From assembly GCA_030704615.1 (NCBI GenBank), contig CM060733.1:62868001-62932000 (forward strand): a stretch of 64,000 bases of DNA, in the 5' to 3' direction. Numbering within the stretch: position 1 is the stretch's first letter; each line of letters starts with the position of its first letter. The position numbers were made by a program, and so were the translations under genes. This DNA comes from Takakia lepidozioides. Its lineage: Eukaryota; Plantae; Bryophyta. Below the pieces are notes generated by a model. That model saw only the letters and a program-made list of their open reading frames with translations. It was not told the origin of the DNA and searched no databases. This document shows, piece after piece, positions 41,160 through 52,804 of the stretch.

Positions 41160-43344
41160 TTATAGTATCTGCCACTTCCTTGTGCAGTTCCTTCTCATCT
41201 TTCCAAGTCTCTTCATCTTCAGGCATATCATTGCCACTTCCATCTCATCTTCTTCCTCTTCTACTGGAGGTATTAGTTTGGCTTTACTTCTTGTTACTAT
41301 CATTGTACTTACTTCTGGTACAACACATGGCCTAACCATGTGAGCTGCCACCACTGGGCCCTCATTCACAGGAGCTCTCATCTCATTCTGGTGTCTTATC
41401 CAGAATGAACAGGCTGCCTTGCGATGTCCTGGCTGATTACAATAGTAACATAGCTCTTCACCATTGGGTCCTCGCCCTTGGTCTGTTCTTGGATTATTTC
41501 TATAATCCTGATTCCCGGGCTGGTAATTCCCCCTTGGATTACCCTGATAGTTGCCTCTGGAATTTCCTTGGTAATTCCCTCTTGAATTACCTCTCCCTTC
41601 CATGCCATTGTTATAACCACCAGACCTACCATAGTGGTCCTGATCATTGTTTCTTCTTGGCTGGGGCTGCACCTGATGCACCCTTACTTGCCTAGGTTCT
41701 CTTGCAGCTGTCCTTCTGTTGTAGTAACAATTCTCAGTAGAATGGTTATCCATTTTACAGATAGTACAGTGTTTCTCCTTCATGTGGCATTCTGTGGTGG
41801 TATGGCCTTCATTCTGGCACTTTGCACACCATACACCCTTCCTCCAATGTGTTGCAGCCTCTGTGGCATACTTCTTCAAGATTTCTTCCAATTTTTTTTC
41901 ATAGTTATCCCTCTTCAACTTCTCCTTTCTCTTACTCTTTCTTTTTAGTTCTTGCTCTTCTTCTTCATCTGACTCATCCTCAGAGTCCTCATCTTCTTTT
42001 TTCTCTCTCCTGAGCATTCCCAATTGCTCAATTCTGTTCGCAGTTTCAAATGCCTCCTCCACTGTATTATGGGGTAACATATCCACTTTCTTTTGCAACT
42101 CTGGTCTTAGTCCACTCACAAACCAAGTCTTCTGTAAACCGGGCGCTGGTACTGCAGCCAGCTTTTTCATCATCAATTCCATCTTCTCCATATACTCTTC
42201 AACAGTTTCATGCTTCTTCTGCTTCAGCTGTTGTAAACTTCCATACACTTCATCCTCAGTTTTACTTGTCCTGAACCTATTTCGAAATGCTGTATTCAAG
42301 CCATTCCAGGTTAGGAAATGATTATCAGGGAATCTTGCATACCATTCACTTGCTTTCTTGATAAGTGAACAAGGAAACAGTCTCATCTTGGCATCATCGC
42401 CATTCTCATTGTTCACTATACACATGTGCTCAAATTGGCTAATGTGTACATCGGGATCCCCTTTTCCTGAATATATTGGAAAGGGTGGTTTTGCCCGTGT
42501 TGGTTGTAACGCCATCTGTGGCCCTACCTTCTGCCCACTGACAGGTGCTGGCACCCTTGCTGGTGCTGGTCCTTCTGGACCTGTTGTTTTTGTGGTGGAT
42601 CTTCCACCAAGTGGTGGCCCTTGAGCACTCCTTGCTTCTGGCCCCACGATATTCACAGTATTCCCAGCTTCAGTTGCACTACTTCCCACACTCCCTGTCC
42701 CCCCAGAGCCAGATCCAGGCAGCCCGCCTGATCCCCCTGAGCCGACACCTTCGTTGGCCTGTGATCCAAGTGCTCCACTTGATCCAGGTCCAACGGGTTG
42801 GGATGTCCTGGTTGTAGTCTCAACCTCAGCTGTTGGGTCTACTTCTTCATATTCTTCCTCTTCTTTCTTTCTCTCTCTTTTTTCATCCTCCAAGTTCTGC
42901 CCTTGGGTTTCTTCTTCACTCATGTAACTCAACTGTAATGGTGTTGGAGAGTCTGAACTCTCCGTTGGCTCTGCCACATCCTCTTCTCCTTCTTCACCTT
43001 CTTCAGAAACTGGAGTTCCTGCTTTTGGTGTTCCATGCCAACTCTTATCAAAGATTTCTGTCAAGTCTTTTATCCAAGGATGTACCTCAGATCTTTCACC
43101 TCGTGATTGATCTTCTTCCTGTACCAATTCCCTTAATCTTTCTTGCAAAGAAACAGAAGGAGTGGCATCCAACTCTAGTTCTTCCCGGTATAGGTGATGC
43201 ACTCTTTGATCTTGATGGTGTGAGAGGTCCAGATGATTCCCCTATGTCTATTCCTCTCTCCCAAAGATATGGATAATTAGCTTTCAGATAGCTTTCTCTT
43301 TTTGCTGAATATCTCTGTCGTCTAGCTTCTCTTTCATCACTCAT
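41160..43344 (-). CDS. gag: gag with retrotransposon capsid domain and several CCHC zinc knuckles (frameshift near 43190)
   Basis: 'YSGKGDPDVHISQF', 'RLFPCSL..KASEWY', 'QKKHETVEEY', knuckles 'CAKCQNEGHTTTEC', 'CTICKMDNHSTENC', 'CYYCNQPGHRKAAC'. Confidence 0.88.
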
Positions 43345-43364
43345 GTCCCATGTCTTTCATTTCT

Positions 43365-43930
43365 TTAATGTGGCAATAACCAAAACTCTCTTCTGTAATA
43401 TCTCTCGTATATGCCTGGGTTTCTTTCAAGCTTCAATGCACCCTTGGCTATACTTGAAGTCTCCGTTACCATATAACCATATGGCAAACAAGTCTGAAAA
43501 GCTGTTCTTGGTGTGAGTTTGATCCACAAAATATCCTTTGGAATCCAATTCTTTACCAGTACAAGCTCTTCATGCATATGAGTATAAACATTCACCTTTC
43601 TTTCTTCCCAGCCTTCAAACTCTACTCGTTTAATGGATAGCAATGCTATCACATAAACCAATGTTGGTAACCAACGTGCTCTTCCTCTACAGGCTACCTG
43701 ATAAATCTTTATCACTCCTTTCTCCAGACCCCATTCTGGATCAGCATCATGCACTCGTTTAAGAATATTTTCTTTACAACCGTCTGGCAATTCCAAGAAC
43801 CTTTGAAAGAATTGTTTGGACAATCTTTCTTCCTTCGTTCCACAGGGAATTTGATTCACTTCAAATTCTTTAATGGTCCAACCACCATGATCCCACCAGA
43901 TGCCTGTCACATCTGGTTGTTCATGTCCCA
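43365..43930 (-). CDS. ORF upstream of gag (Ogre-like position), unknown function
   Basis: Stop-free frame of ~190 codons between the PBS and gag. A homologous, internally deleted version is present in the second copy at 47077-47390. Confidence 0.45.
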
Positions 43931-43952
43931 GTCCCCCAGTATGGTCGCCAAA

Positions 43953-44898
43953 TGTCGCGCGGCTTTTACTCACCCATCCCTTCGCTATCGAGGCGGAAAC
44001 TCCAAGATAGAAGAGTTGGAAATCTCTAAGTACTCAGCCCGCGCAGAACAATCAGTCATGACCTACAGCTAGTGTATCATGGGGGTGTTTCCTATTTGTT
44101 TCCCTTTTGGTATTCATGTTACTATCTTACCATTGATAATTAAGTATCAGTTTGCTTTATCAATCTATTGGATTCCTCAACTCATCCATTCATTCCACAG
44201 CTTCACTCAGATCTCTCTACACAGTGTGATTGTATCGTAAGTATCCGATTATGATTTATCAGGTATCAGGCCGAAGCCATTGTGTCTCTAATCTGCTCTA
44301 CAATATCATTACAGCTTGCATATATCAAGCATCTACTCATCATCTCTCTATCTTCACTTCCGTCTTTATCTCTGCCCGATCCCCCTCCTCTATCCCAAGA
44401 AGTCCTCCTCCGAAATCCCCTCCTCAATTCCCCGTTTCCCTTTTATCTTCCTATCCGCGGTTCTAACCGTTTCCCTCACTAACCGTCGTCTGTGAACTAA
44501 CATGTTCCCTTCGCAGGTGTTGTTCCCCACAGTCGTTCCCTGTCCTACTCTTCGTTCCCTATGATCGTGACAGCTGTGTCAAGCTGTGACTGGCTGTGTG
44601 AAACTGTGACGGCTGTGACTGGCTGTGTGTGACCTGTGACGGGCTGTGTTGGCTGTGTCTGTGCTTGTGGGCTGTGACGGCTGTGTGTGGCTGTGACTGT
44701 GCTGTGACTGCTGTGCTGTGACGACTGTGACGGGCTGTGTTGGCTGTGTCGCTGTGACGACTGTGACGGGCTGTGTAACCCCCCCTCTACAGTGCGCTGC
44801 TGTCACCCCTAAGGCTCCTGTTGGTCTCAGTCTGTGCAAAAATTAAGGGTACCCTACAATCCCGTATAAGTGTCTAAGTCCCCGACAGTCCTCTAACA
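43953..44898 (-). repeat. 5' LTR
   Basis: Direct repeat of 31932-32881, adjacent to the PBS. Confidence 0.95.
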
Positions 44899-45479
44899 GC
44901 TAGCAGCAAGGCAAGGATGTATGCATGATTTGTGCAGAGGCATGGATAGCTGAAGGAACAGGGGTAGAGTGTGGGCACAGATTCATCCAAGAGGGCCAGA
45001 TTTCCAAGCACAAGATTACCTATGATTCCTTGTGGATCAATAGCTACAAGAAACTTGCATGGGTAGATGGTCAACTAAAGGCAGCAGCTGCAGCGGCACA
45101 GTTGATAAAGTCAGGCACCTCAACCATGACCACAGCTTATGGAAGAGGATCAAGACAGGGAGCCCACAATGCCTCTTCTAGCACTTCTGTGCTGGGCTGC
45201 ATTGCGCAGCCTGGCCTCTACCTCCTTGGCCCTGACTCTTAGTCTTTAGTGCTCTCTCCTTGCTTAGTTTTTAGTACTTCTCTTGCAGCTTTTTGCCTCT
45301 GGTCTTGAAGCATTGCCTTCCTAGGTCGACCTCTATGGCACCGGGTTTGAGGTTATTTTTTCCTTATGTACTTCTTGTCCCCCATTATATAATAATTTTC
45401 CAGGGCCTCCGTCCCTGTTCATTATATATGTTTATATATACGACTTCTACCATAGTAATAATAATGACTGCATCTATTT

Positions 45480-45959
45480 TCACTCTCCAATAGTAATGCA
45501 CCACGTGGCAGAAATACAAATGTGTAGAAATTTATAATAAACACCCCATCATGACACATGTCAATCTCGTGAGGGACCACGTGTAAAAACTGTAACGCGC
45601 CACGTGCTGCAACCGGATTAGCACGCCCGTAGTCATAGTTACAGTCATGGAGAGCAAACGCTCTGCCACGTGTCGTTTTCTGTATCGAGCACGTGTCACT
45701 CTTGCACAGCCGCTGACATGGCGGCCACTGTCCGTTCAGTCATTCAATAAAGCCAGCGTGTATGACTATGAGCGCGCTGCTCAGGCGCCACGTCACACAA
45801 AGCCCGACGAATGTCACATACGACTCCGTGGCAGCCACGACTACCATGTCACAATTAACAGGGGTTTTACGACAACAAAGTCAGGGAGTCGTAAATGGCT
45901 TTCATAACTGCATTTGCAGTCATAATATGCAATCCTAAAAGCCAACTTTTCTTCTAGTG
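45480..45959. mobile_element. CACTA element terminus with subterminal repeats
   Basis: Ends TTTTCTTCTAGTG (reverse complement CACTAGAAGAAAA). Subterminal TTTACGAC/GTCGTAAA and GTCAT/ATGAC motifs. Abuts the interrupted gag of gypsy copy 2. Confidence 0.7.
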
Positions 45960-47779
45960 ACTATTGTAGGCTACTATACATTTCCTCCGCGGTTATGTCC
46001 TGAATCTGTTCCGGAATGCTGTTCTAAGGCCATTCCAGGTTAGAAAATGATTATTAGGAAATGAGCATACCACTCATTTGCTTTCTTGATAAGTGAACAA
46101 GGAAATAATCTCAATTTTGCATCATTATCATTCTCATTGTTCACTACACACATGTGCTCATTTATTGATTGACGTGTACATCAGGATCCCCTTTTCCTGA
46201 GTAGACCGGAAAGGGTGGTCTCATATGTGTCAGAGCTACTATTGCCATCCTTGGCCCTATTCCTGGCCCTGTGGTTGGTGCTGGACCTCCTGTAGGTGCT
46301 GGTCCTTGAGGACCATGTGGTAGTGGTTGAACCACCACCAAGTGTTGATCCTTGAGCACTTACTATTACAGGCCCTCCTGTATTTGCAATACCCCCAGTT
46401 CCAGTTGTACTACTTCCCACACTCCCTGTCCCTCCAGAGACGGATCCAAGCTGCCTGCTTGATCCCCCTGGACCGACACTTTTGTTGGTCAGTGATCCAA
46501 GTGTGTCACTTGATCCTGGACCAACAGGTTGGGATGTCCTGTATGCAGCACCAACATCAACTGTTGGATCTATGTCTTCATAATCATCATCTTCCAAGTT
46601 TTTATCTCGGCTTTCATCCTCCAATTTCTTATCCTAAGTTTCTTCTTTGCTTATATAACTCAATTGAATTGGTGTTGGAGAGTCTGAACTCTCTGCAGGC
46701 TCTTCCCCATCCTCCTCTCCTTCGTTGGCAGGTGTATCAGAAACTGGAGTTCCTGCTCTTGGTGTACCATGCCAGCTCTGATCAAAGATTTGTGTCAAAT
46801 CTTTTATCCAGGGATGCACCTTCGATCTTTCCTCCTGTGGTTGACCCTCTTCCTGCACCAACTTTCTTAATTTTTCTTCTAAAGAATAAGAAGGAGTGGC
46901 ATCTAAATTATGATCTTCAAGTATTGGTGATGTACCCTCTGGTTTCGGTGGAGTGAGAGGTCCAGATGATTCTCCTATGTCTAGTATTTCTCTCTCCCAA
47001 AGATATGGATAGTTAGCTTTTAAATAACTTTCTCTTTTTGCCGCATATCTCTCATTTCTTGCTTCTCTTTCATCACTCATGACCCATGTCTTTCATGTCT
47101 TTGATGTGGCAATACCCACAACTCTCTCCTGTAGTACCTCCCATATATGCCTGGATTTCTTTCAAGCTTTAATGCATCCTTGGCTTGACTAGAAGACTCC
47201 GTTACCATATAACCATATGGTAGGCAGGTCTGAAAGCAATTCCAAGAACTTCTGAAAGAATTGTGTGGACAGTCTTTCTTCCTAAGTTTCACAGGGAATT
47301 TGATTCACATCAAATTCTTTAATTCTCCATCCTCCATGATCCCACCAAATGTCTGTCACCTCTGCTTGTTCTTGAATCAGTTCCCCAGTATGGTCGCCAA
47401 ATGTTGAGCGGCTTTTACTCACCCATCCCTTAGCTTTCCGGGGTGGAAACTCTAAGGTAGAAGATTAGAAATCTCTAAGTACTCAGCCCGCTCAGAACAA
47501 TCGGTCATGACCTACACCTAGTGTATCATGGGGGTGCTTTCCTAATTTGATTCCTTCTTGCATTCATGTTTAGTTAAGCCTTAAGGTACCTTACAACCTA
47601 GGGTTATGTATCGGATTGCTTCTGTAATCTACCAAGTTCCATCTTATATCCTAGTTATACATTCCACAGCTTCTCTCAGGTCTCTCTACACAGTGTGAGT
47701 ATGAATTAGCATGTATCGTATTTATAACTATCAAGCGTTAGGCCGAAGCCATGGTGTCTCTAAGTCTACTCTACAGTAT
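45960..47779 (-). mobile_element. Older, doubly truncated relative of the gypsy element (partial 5' LTR 47402-47779, PBS, upstream ORF, 5' gag)
   Basis: Homologous to 42230-44305 ('MSDEREAR...YPYLWER', 'YSGKGDPDVH'), with stops and deletions. Confidence 0.85.
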
Positions 47780-47922
47780 GGTGGGAACTCCTTCTCTATA
47801 AGACACAGAGTGAGAACTGCTTCAGTTCTCAATTCCTCATACTCTACAAGATTCACCACTTTTGCACACAACTTCTTAAATACACGACATACTCGCAAAA
47901 TGGCCCTTCGAGGACCACTTGG
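47780..47922 (-). pseudogene. CACTA transposase element B, downstream piece (DUF4218-like region)
   Basis: 'PSGPRRAILRVCRVFKKLCAKVVNLVEYEELRTEAVLTLCLIEKEFPP' continues in frame from 62769 once the MULE and one TSD copy are removed. Confidence 0.85.
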
Positions 47923-47997
47923 GAGGTTTACTATTTCATGAGCAGAAACCATGAGCCATGAGCCATGAGCCGCATGAGCCGCATGAGCGGTGAGCCG
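47923..47997 (+). repeat. Left TIR and subterminal CATGAGC(CG) tandem motifs
   Basis: About 6 CATGAGC copies directly inside the terminus. Confidence 0.85.
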
Positions 47998-48767
47998 AAG
48001 TCTAAGATACGCGGATTTCATGAGCGGACTCCTCCAAATTTGGAAATGCGGCAGATTAAACAAGTATTAAAATAATAGTTTTTTATTTGACCTTGCCGTT
48101 TTTGGACGTTCCAGATCATGTAATGCGGCGAAGATATGTCGTCAGTAACAAGTCCGCTCATGGTTTTATAGATCCGCTCATGGAAATAAGTGACCGTGCA
48201 ACGGGAAATCCAGTATACCACTGCAAAAGGACGTCGCATACTGGCCTGTATAGAGTATTCCGCGGTTTTACATGCCTTAACATTGGAATGAAGCTGACCC
48301 TTTTGCCGCGATTGAACCAATGGAGTCTGCACCAATACAGTCTGCAGTACTTCACAATTCTGTCTTCTTCGGGTATTCGGCGGGAAAGGTTTGCAACTGA
48401 ACTGGGAAATAGGGTGCCGCATTAGGGTTCGCACGTGCGAAATTTCGGAGCGGTTTGGTGTTGGCGAAGGCCGCCTCTGGGGGTACCTACGACGATACTT
48501 GGAAATTCGGCGCCGCATTTCCTTGTCGGAGGTCGAATGAGGAGAGCAAGTTTTCGGAAAGCAGAAAAACATGAACCCTCCAACATACAAAAATACATGC
48601 ACGTGGAAACAAGTGAACGATATAGTAATATCTTAGTTCGATCAAAACAGGTTACTGGTAGGCAAGACATATGTCGGACCTTTGTGTGGCCAGAGTCTGA
48701 GGTACTGGCAGCAGTACAGTTCTACTATCCGATGGGCGTACCATTGTATGTGGACCGCAAGCCAAGC

Positions 48768-51700
48768 TCACTGGTCCCCTGGATCCATATTCAGAAGAGT
48801 GTGAACCTCCTGGGGGCTCAACCCTGGTGCATGTATGAAGTGATGAGTTGTGGAATTACAACGGAGTCTCTTTAGGTACACGTAGTACAAATGCTTGCAA
48901 GGGCAGTATGATGCCCCCTTGTTCGCCATGATCTGGAAGTCGGTGCAATTGCAGGTGGGTAATTCTGAAATGGTGATGGTGTACACCTCATTGCGAACAG
49001 CTGAGCCCGCCGTGGCCATCTGATACACACGCCCGAATCCTGGTGGGGGCACTTCTGTCGAGCTCTGGATTGTACAGTTCATCCGAAGTGCATTCCCCAT
49101 CCTTGTCTCGTTCACTTTTGAGGGAGGTCGCCGCCTCTTCGGTTTCCCCCAACGGTGTGTAGGATGCTTAGAGCTGTCGTGTCCCATTGTTCTTGCTCTC
49201 ACAGGGGTCGGTGGTGGAGGCTGTGGAAGCGGAAATGGTTGTCTGGGGCACGTCAGTGCGCTGCACCATCCGAAATCCTGCGGCGGTAAGGGCGTCGGCC
49301 TCAACCTGACTCAGATCGCAGCCTGGTTCCACCGGCCACACCGGGGGAGCCTCTGGCATTGTCTGTATGCCGTACTTGGGCTTTCCATACACGCAAGTCA
49401 TAATGTCGTGCCTGCAGAACCAGAACTGGGTGGTTGTCGCCTCCGCAAACTTTGCATGGACAAATCTTCCTGTAAAAGTAGGAGCAGGGACAGCCCCATC
49501 TGGATTCCTCCTTATCATCTCTAAACAACGTTGCCGTGTATCCACACGAATTGCGGAACACCTTCCTCGAAACGACGGCTTTGTGCGAGCAATTCTCCAC
49601 TGTGAGGCAGACACAGTCGTCTCCACAATGGCTTGGCCATACTGCATAACAGCGGGCGGAATGTGGGGCAAGGGAGCGGTGGGAATTTGTTGCACGAAAT
49701 CCCCGGTTGAAGGCGACGGCGATCTGGAATTTCTTGGGCTTCCACTGCTGGAAGACACATTGTGCGGCAACATGACGGGACCTCGAGGTGCTGTCCGAAT
49801 GTTCCTGTCGGATCTCCAGGAATCCTCTTCGCACCCGGGTTCCTCTTCAATCCTCCGCCTGACAGGGCGAGTCCGGACGTCCCCCTCTAGGTGTTCACCT
49901 CTGCGGTGCAGAGGCGTCCCTTTGATCTTCTCTCGCAATGCTGTCGCCCATTTCACTGGATTCTTGGACCTCGAAGCTGTTCGTACCAACAATTCCTCCC
50001 TGTCCGGCCCAAAGCCCCATTGTTTGCCGCTCAGGAACTTGTAGTACGTGGCTTGCTGCATGATTGCTCTGTCGATGTCCTCCGTTGTGGCCGTCACTAC
50101 GTCCACCAGATGTGCGGCAGAAGACGCTCGCCAGGAGGAGTGGACCGATTCTGCCATATTCGTGTTCGGCATGTCCGTGTCGGAATCCAAGCACCGCTCC
50201 TAGAAGGACACAAACAACGGTGAGGGACCAATCGAAATGTCCGTAACAGAAAGACAAATGAACGAAAATGACAGCAGCCTACCTCCCGCATGTACTGTCC
50301 GAACTGTCGATACCGAAAATGCCACACCCCAACCAGCTGTGCAATGCTCCCAGATTGGTTGTCTCCACTGCACCTGACGTGTTCCACCAAGCCTCGATGA
50401 TAGCAAACTTAACCTCCGCGTCATCAAATGTGGGTGCATCCTTCCACGCCGTACAAAGGACACGGTGTTCAGCCTGGAATGAGCTAGCAACAAATTGGTA
50501 GTGTAGTGGGATAGACTCTGCATCCAATGGAATCCACAGGATCTCTCTTTCCCCTCCATTGGAACATTGGGGTCCTCACCGTACACACGCCGCACCGCTG
50601 CCCAGTTGGCCTGAGCGTTGTCTGCCATGAATCCCCTGAAATTGGGCTCTGGCAATCCCGCCCTTGCCATCTGCTGGTTTATGCCCTCCCACAGATGCAT
50701 CTCGGACTGTGTGTCCTCCCCTTTCATCTCGCAGATTGCAATCGTCATGAGCCTCTTGGAGTGATAGTCATAAACATGCGCACCCATAGTCACCCACTGA
50801 TGGTTTGTAATTCGCTTGATGTGATCAAACATCACCCAAGCATTCGACAAGTTTCCAGTTGTCATGCGAGTGACCAAGTCGACTCCACTCCCAGGCCCAC
50901 ACGTCGACATTTTGAAAATGTAACAACGATCGGATTCGCTGCCTTGCCCTGGAAACCTGCTACCTTGGATGTAGTCATATCCAGTCATTCGTTTCACCTC
51001 CAGGATTGAGTACATGTCCGACCCCCTGCCGAACTCCTGCTTGCAAGATACGATGTGATTCCGCACATTCGGACTACAAACGTGCGAGACGGACTCCAAG
51101 AGGTCACGCATCTCGTCTTCGGTCAAGGGCTCTCGGTCGGAACCATCTTCAGACATGATTTTGCCAAGAGCAATCTTGTGGGCTGCCTTCAGCTGAATCT
51201 GCTTTGGTCTGGCTCCGGGGCTCAATTTCACCTCCTCTTTTATGATGTCGTGTGCTTCCTGCACAGCCTCACGCATGTTGCCTCTCGCCAAGGGGTGGCA
51301 GTGGACCCCAACGTGTATGCAAGCTCTAGTCAAGTCCGGGAGCAAATGGATTACGTAATATTGCTTGGCTCTGCACATGGACATGCACGTCGGTGGTTCT
51401 TTGCAATGTGCACACTTGAAAGAACCCGCAGGAGCTTGGCTGGAGACAATGAATGGATGATGCGTTGTGCCAGTCCAATCCGTCTCGTTTCTCCGCCCTC
51501 CTTTGGAGAGAAAGTGGAAGCAGGTGGGATTGAGGCACCTCAGCTTCCCGCACAGAGGACATATCGTACACGAACACCATCAGCAATTTTCGTGCTACTG
51601 GTCTTCGTCACACACCAGGGGTGTCCGTCATGCTTTCGATCCATGTCTGTTAACATCCCGGAGGCTTTCTTTGACGAAGAAAACAGGTGGAAACTCGAAG

Positions 51701-52374
51701 ATGACATTGCCATCGACTTCGGGAGGCAGAAAAGTTACCTTTCTGACTGGGAATTTGGCATAGTCGAGAGCAGCCAGCTCGGAGCGAGAACCATCGAGGT
51801 GATGTTGTCGTAGGAGCTGCACAATGGACCGGGTTGGAGTTATGCTCGAGGGCACATGCGTAGCACCTACAGAGACGTCCATGCCGGATTTGAACGACCG
51901 TGTGGAGGACATGGGTACCTCAATGCAATCATCTTCCTCGTCGGAAATGTCGAATACGTCCACACGAGAAGCTATGGAGGGTCTTGACGGTCCAGGTCGG
52001 GAATGATTATCGTTGCATACCTCTCTGTTGGCAGTGGCCGCCTCTCGGTTTCCGGACTCCTTTGTGGATGGTGTGGGCAGCGACTGATTCGGAAAGGGAA
52101 TGGGCATTCCCACAGCTCGGTACAGGATGGTGTCTGACGGGGGAACGTGCCATTCGATTCCGCAACCTCCGTCGTTACCTAGCACGACAATGGTCTCGTC
52201 AACCTGTCCAGGAACATCCTTCCTTTCTTCTTCCAAATAAACTGTGCCCGGTTTGAGCTTGAATTTGGAACAAAGGTAAGTTTCAGTCACTCTGCAAAGT
52301 CCTCCCTCGTTTGGGATCCAGGCTCTCCCAAGTTGCGGAGGACAGCAAACTATAGCGTAGGAATTCGGAGCCAT
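48768..52374 (-). CDS. MULE-family DDE transposase: N-terminal domain, GCM-like Zn DNA-binding domain, DDE core, SWIM finger; intron 50282-50200; about 5 single-base frameshifts
   Basis: D1 'WVMFDHIKR', D2 'FMADNAQANWAAVRRVY', CxxH 'CGFH', E 'NTNMAESVH', SWIM 'CNCTDF...CPCKHL'. GCM-like 'LCAGKLRCLNPTC...KCAHCKEPPTCMSMC...HVGVHCHP' at ~51300-51560. Confidence 0.85.
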
Positions 52375-52804
52375 CGAACACCGCACGGAGTTGGCAAGTG
52401 CGAGGTTCAGTATAGCGACAGACCAAGGCTCACAGGCACCATCTAAGTGGATCTGCGGAGTCCATCGACAATTGGAAGTCGCACATTGAAGTGGAAAGTA
52501 TTGTTTCAAGCTACATGCATGAAGGTGGGAGGTTTGATTCCATAGCCAGTGAGTAGGACAATGATGGCCGATTCGGCGACGAAATAACATCTCCTGACAG
52601 TTTCTCCTGAGGGTGGATCCAGCAGTATTCTCGGTGCAGACAGGAACGTTCGCACTGACAAGTGCCAGGACTGCTGGTTTAAAACGGTCAGACAACCAAG
52701 TTGTGCTCATCAAGACTGGCCGCAATTGTGTTGTTTCGGAACAATGCAACCCATTGAGGTTCCAGATTTCCCGTCACGAGTGATTCTGTCGATTGCTGGT
52801 GGAC

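Larger units (their letters stand above)
31932..44898 (-). mobile_element. Full-length Ty3/gypsy LTR retrotransposon (non-chromovirus, OTA/Tat-Ogre-like), 12,967 bp
   Basis: Near-identical ~950-bp LTRs (TG...CA), 5-bp TSD GCTAG (31927-31931, 44899-44903), PBS TGGCGACCATACTGGGG next to the 5' LTR, PPT at 32884-32898, order gag-PR-RT-RH-INT. Confidence 0.95.
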
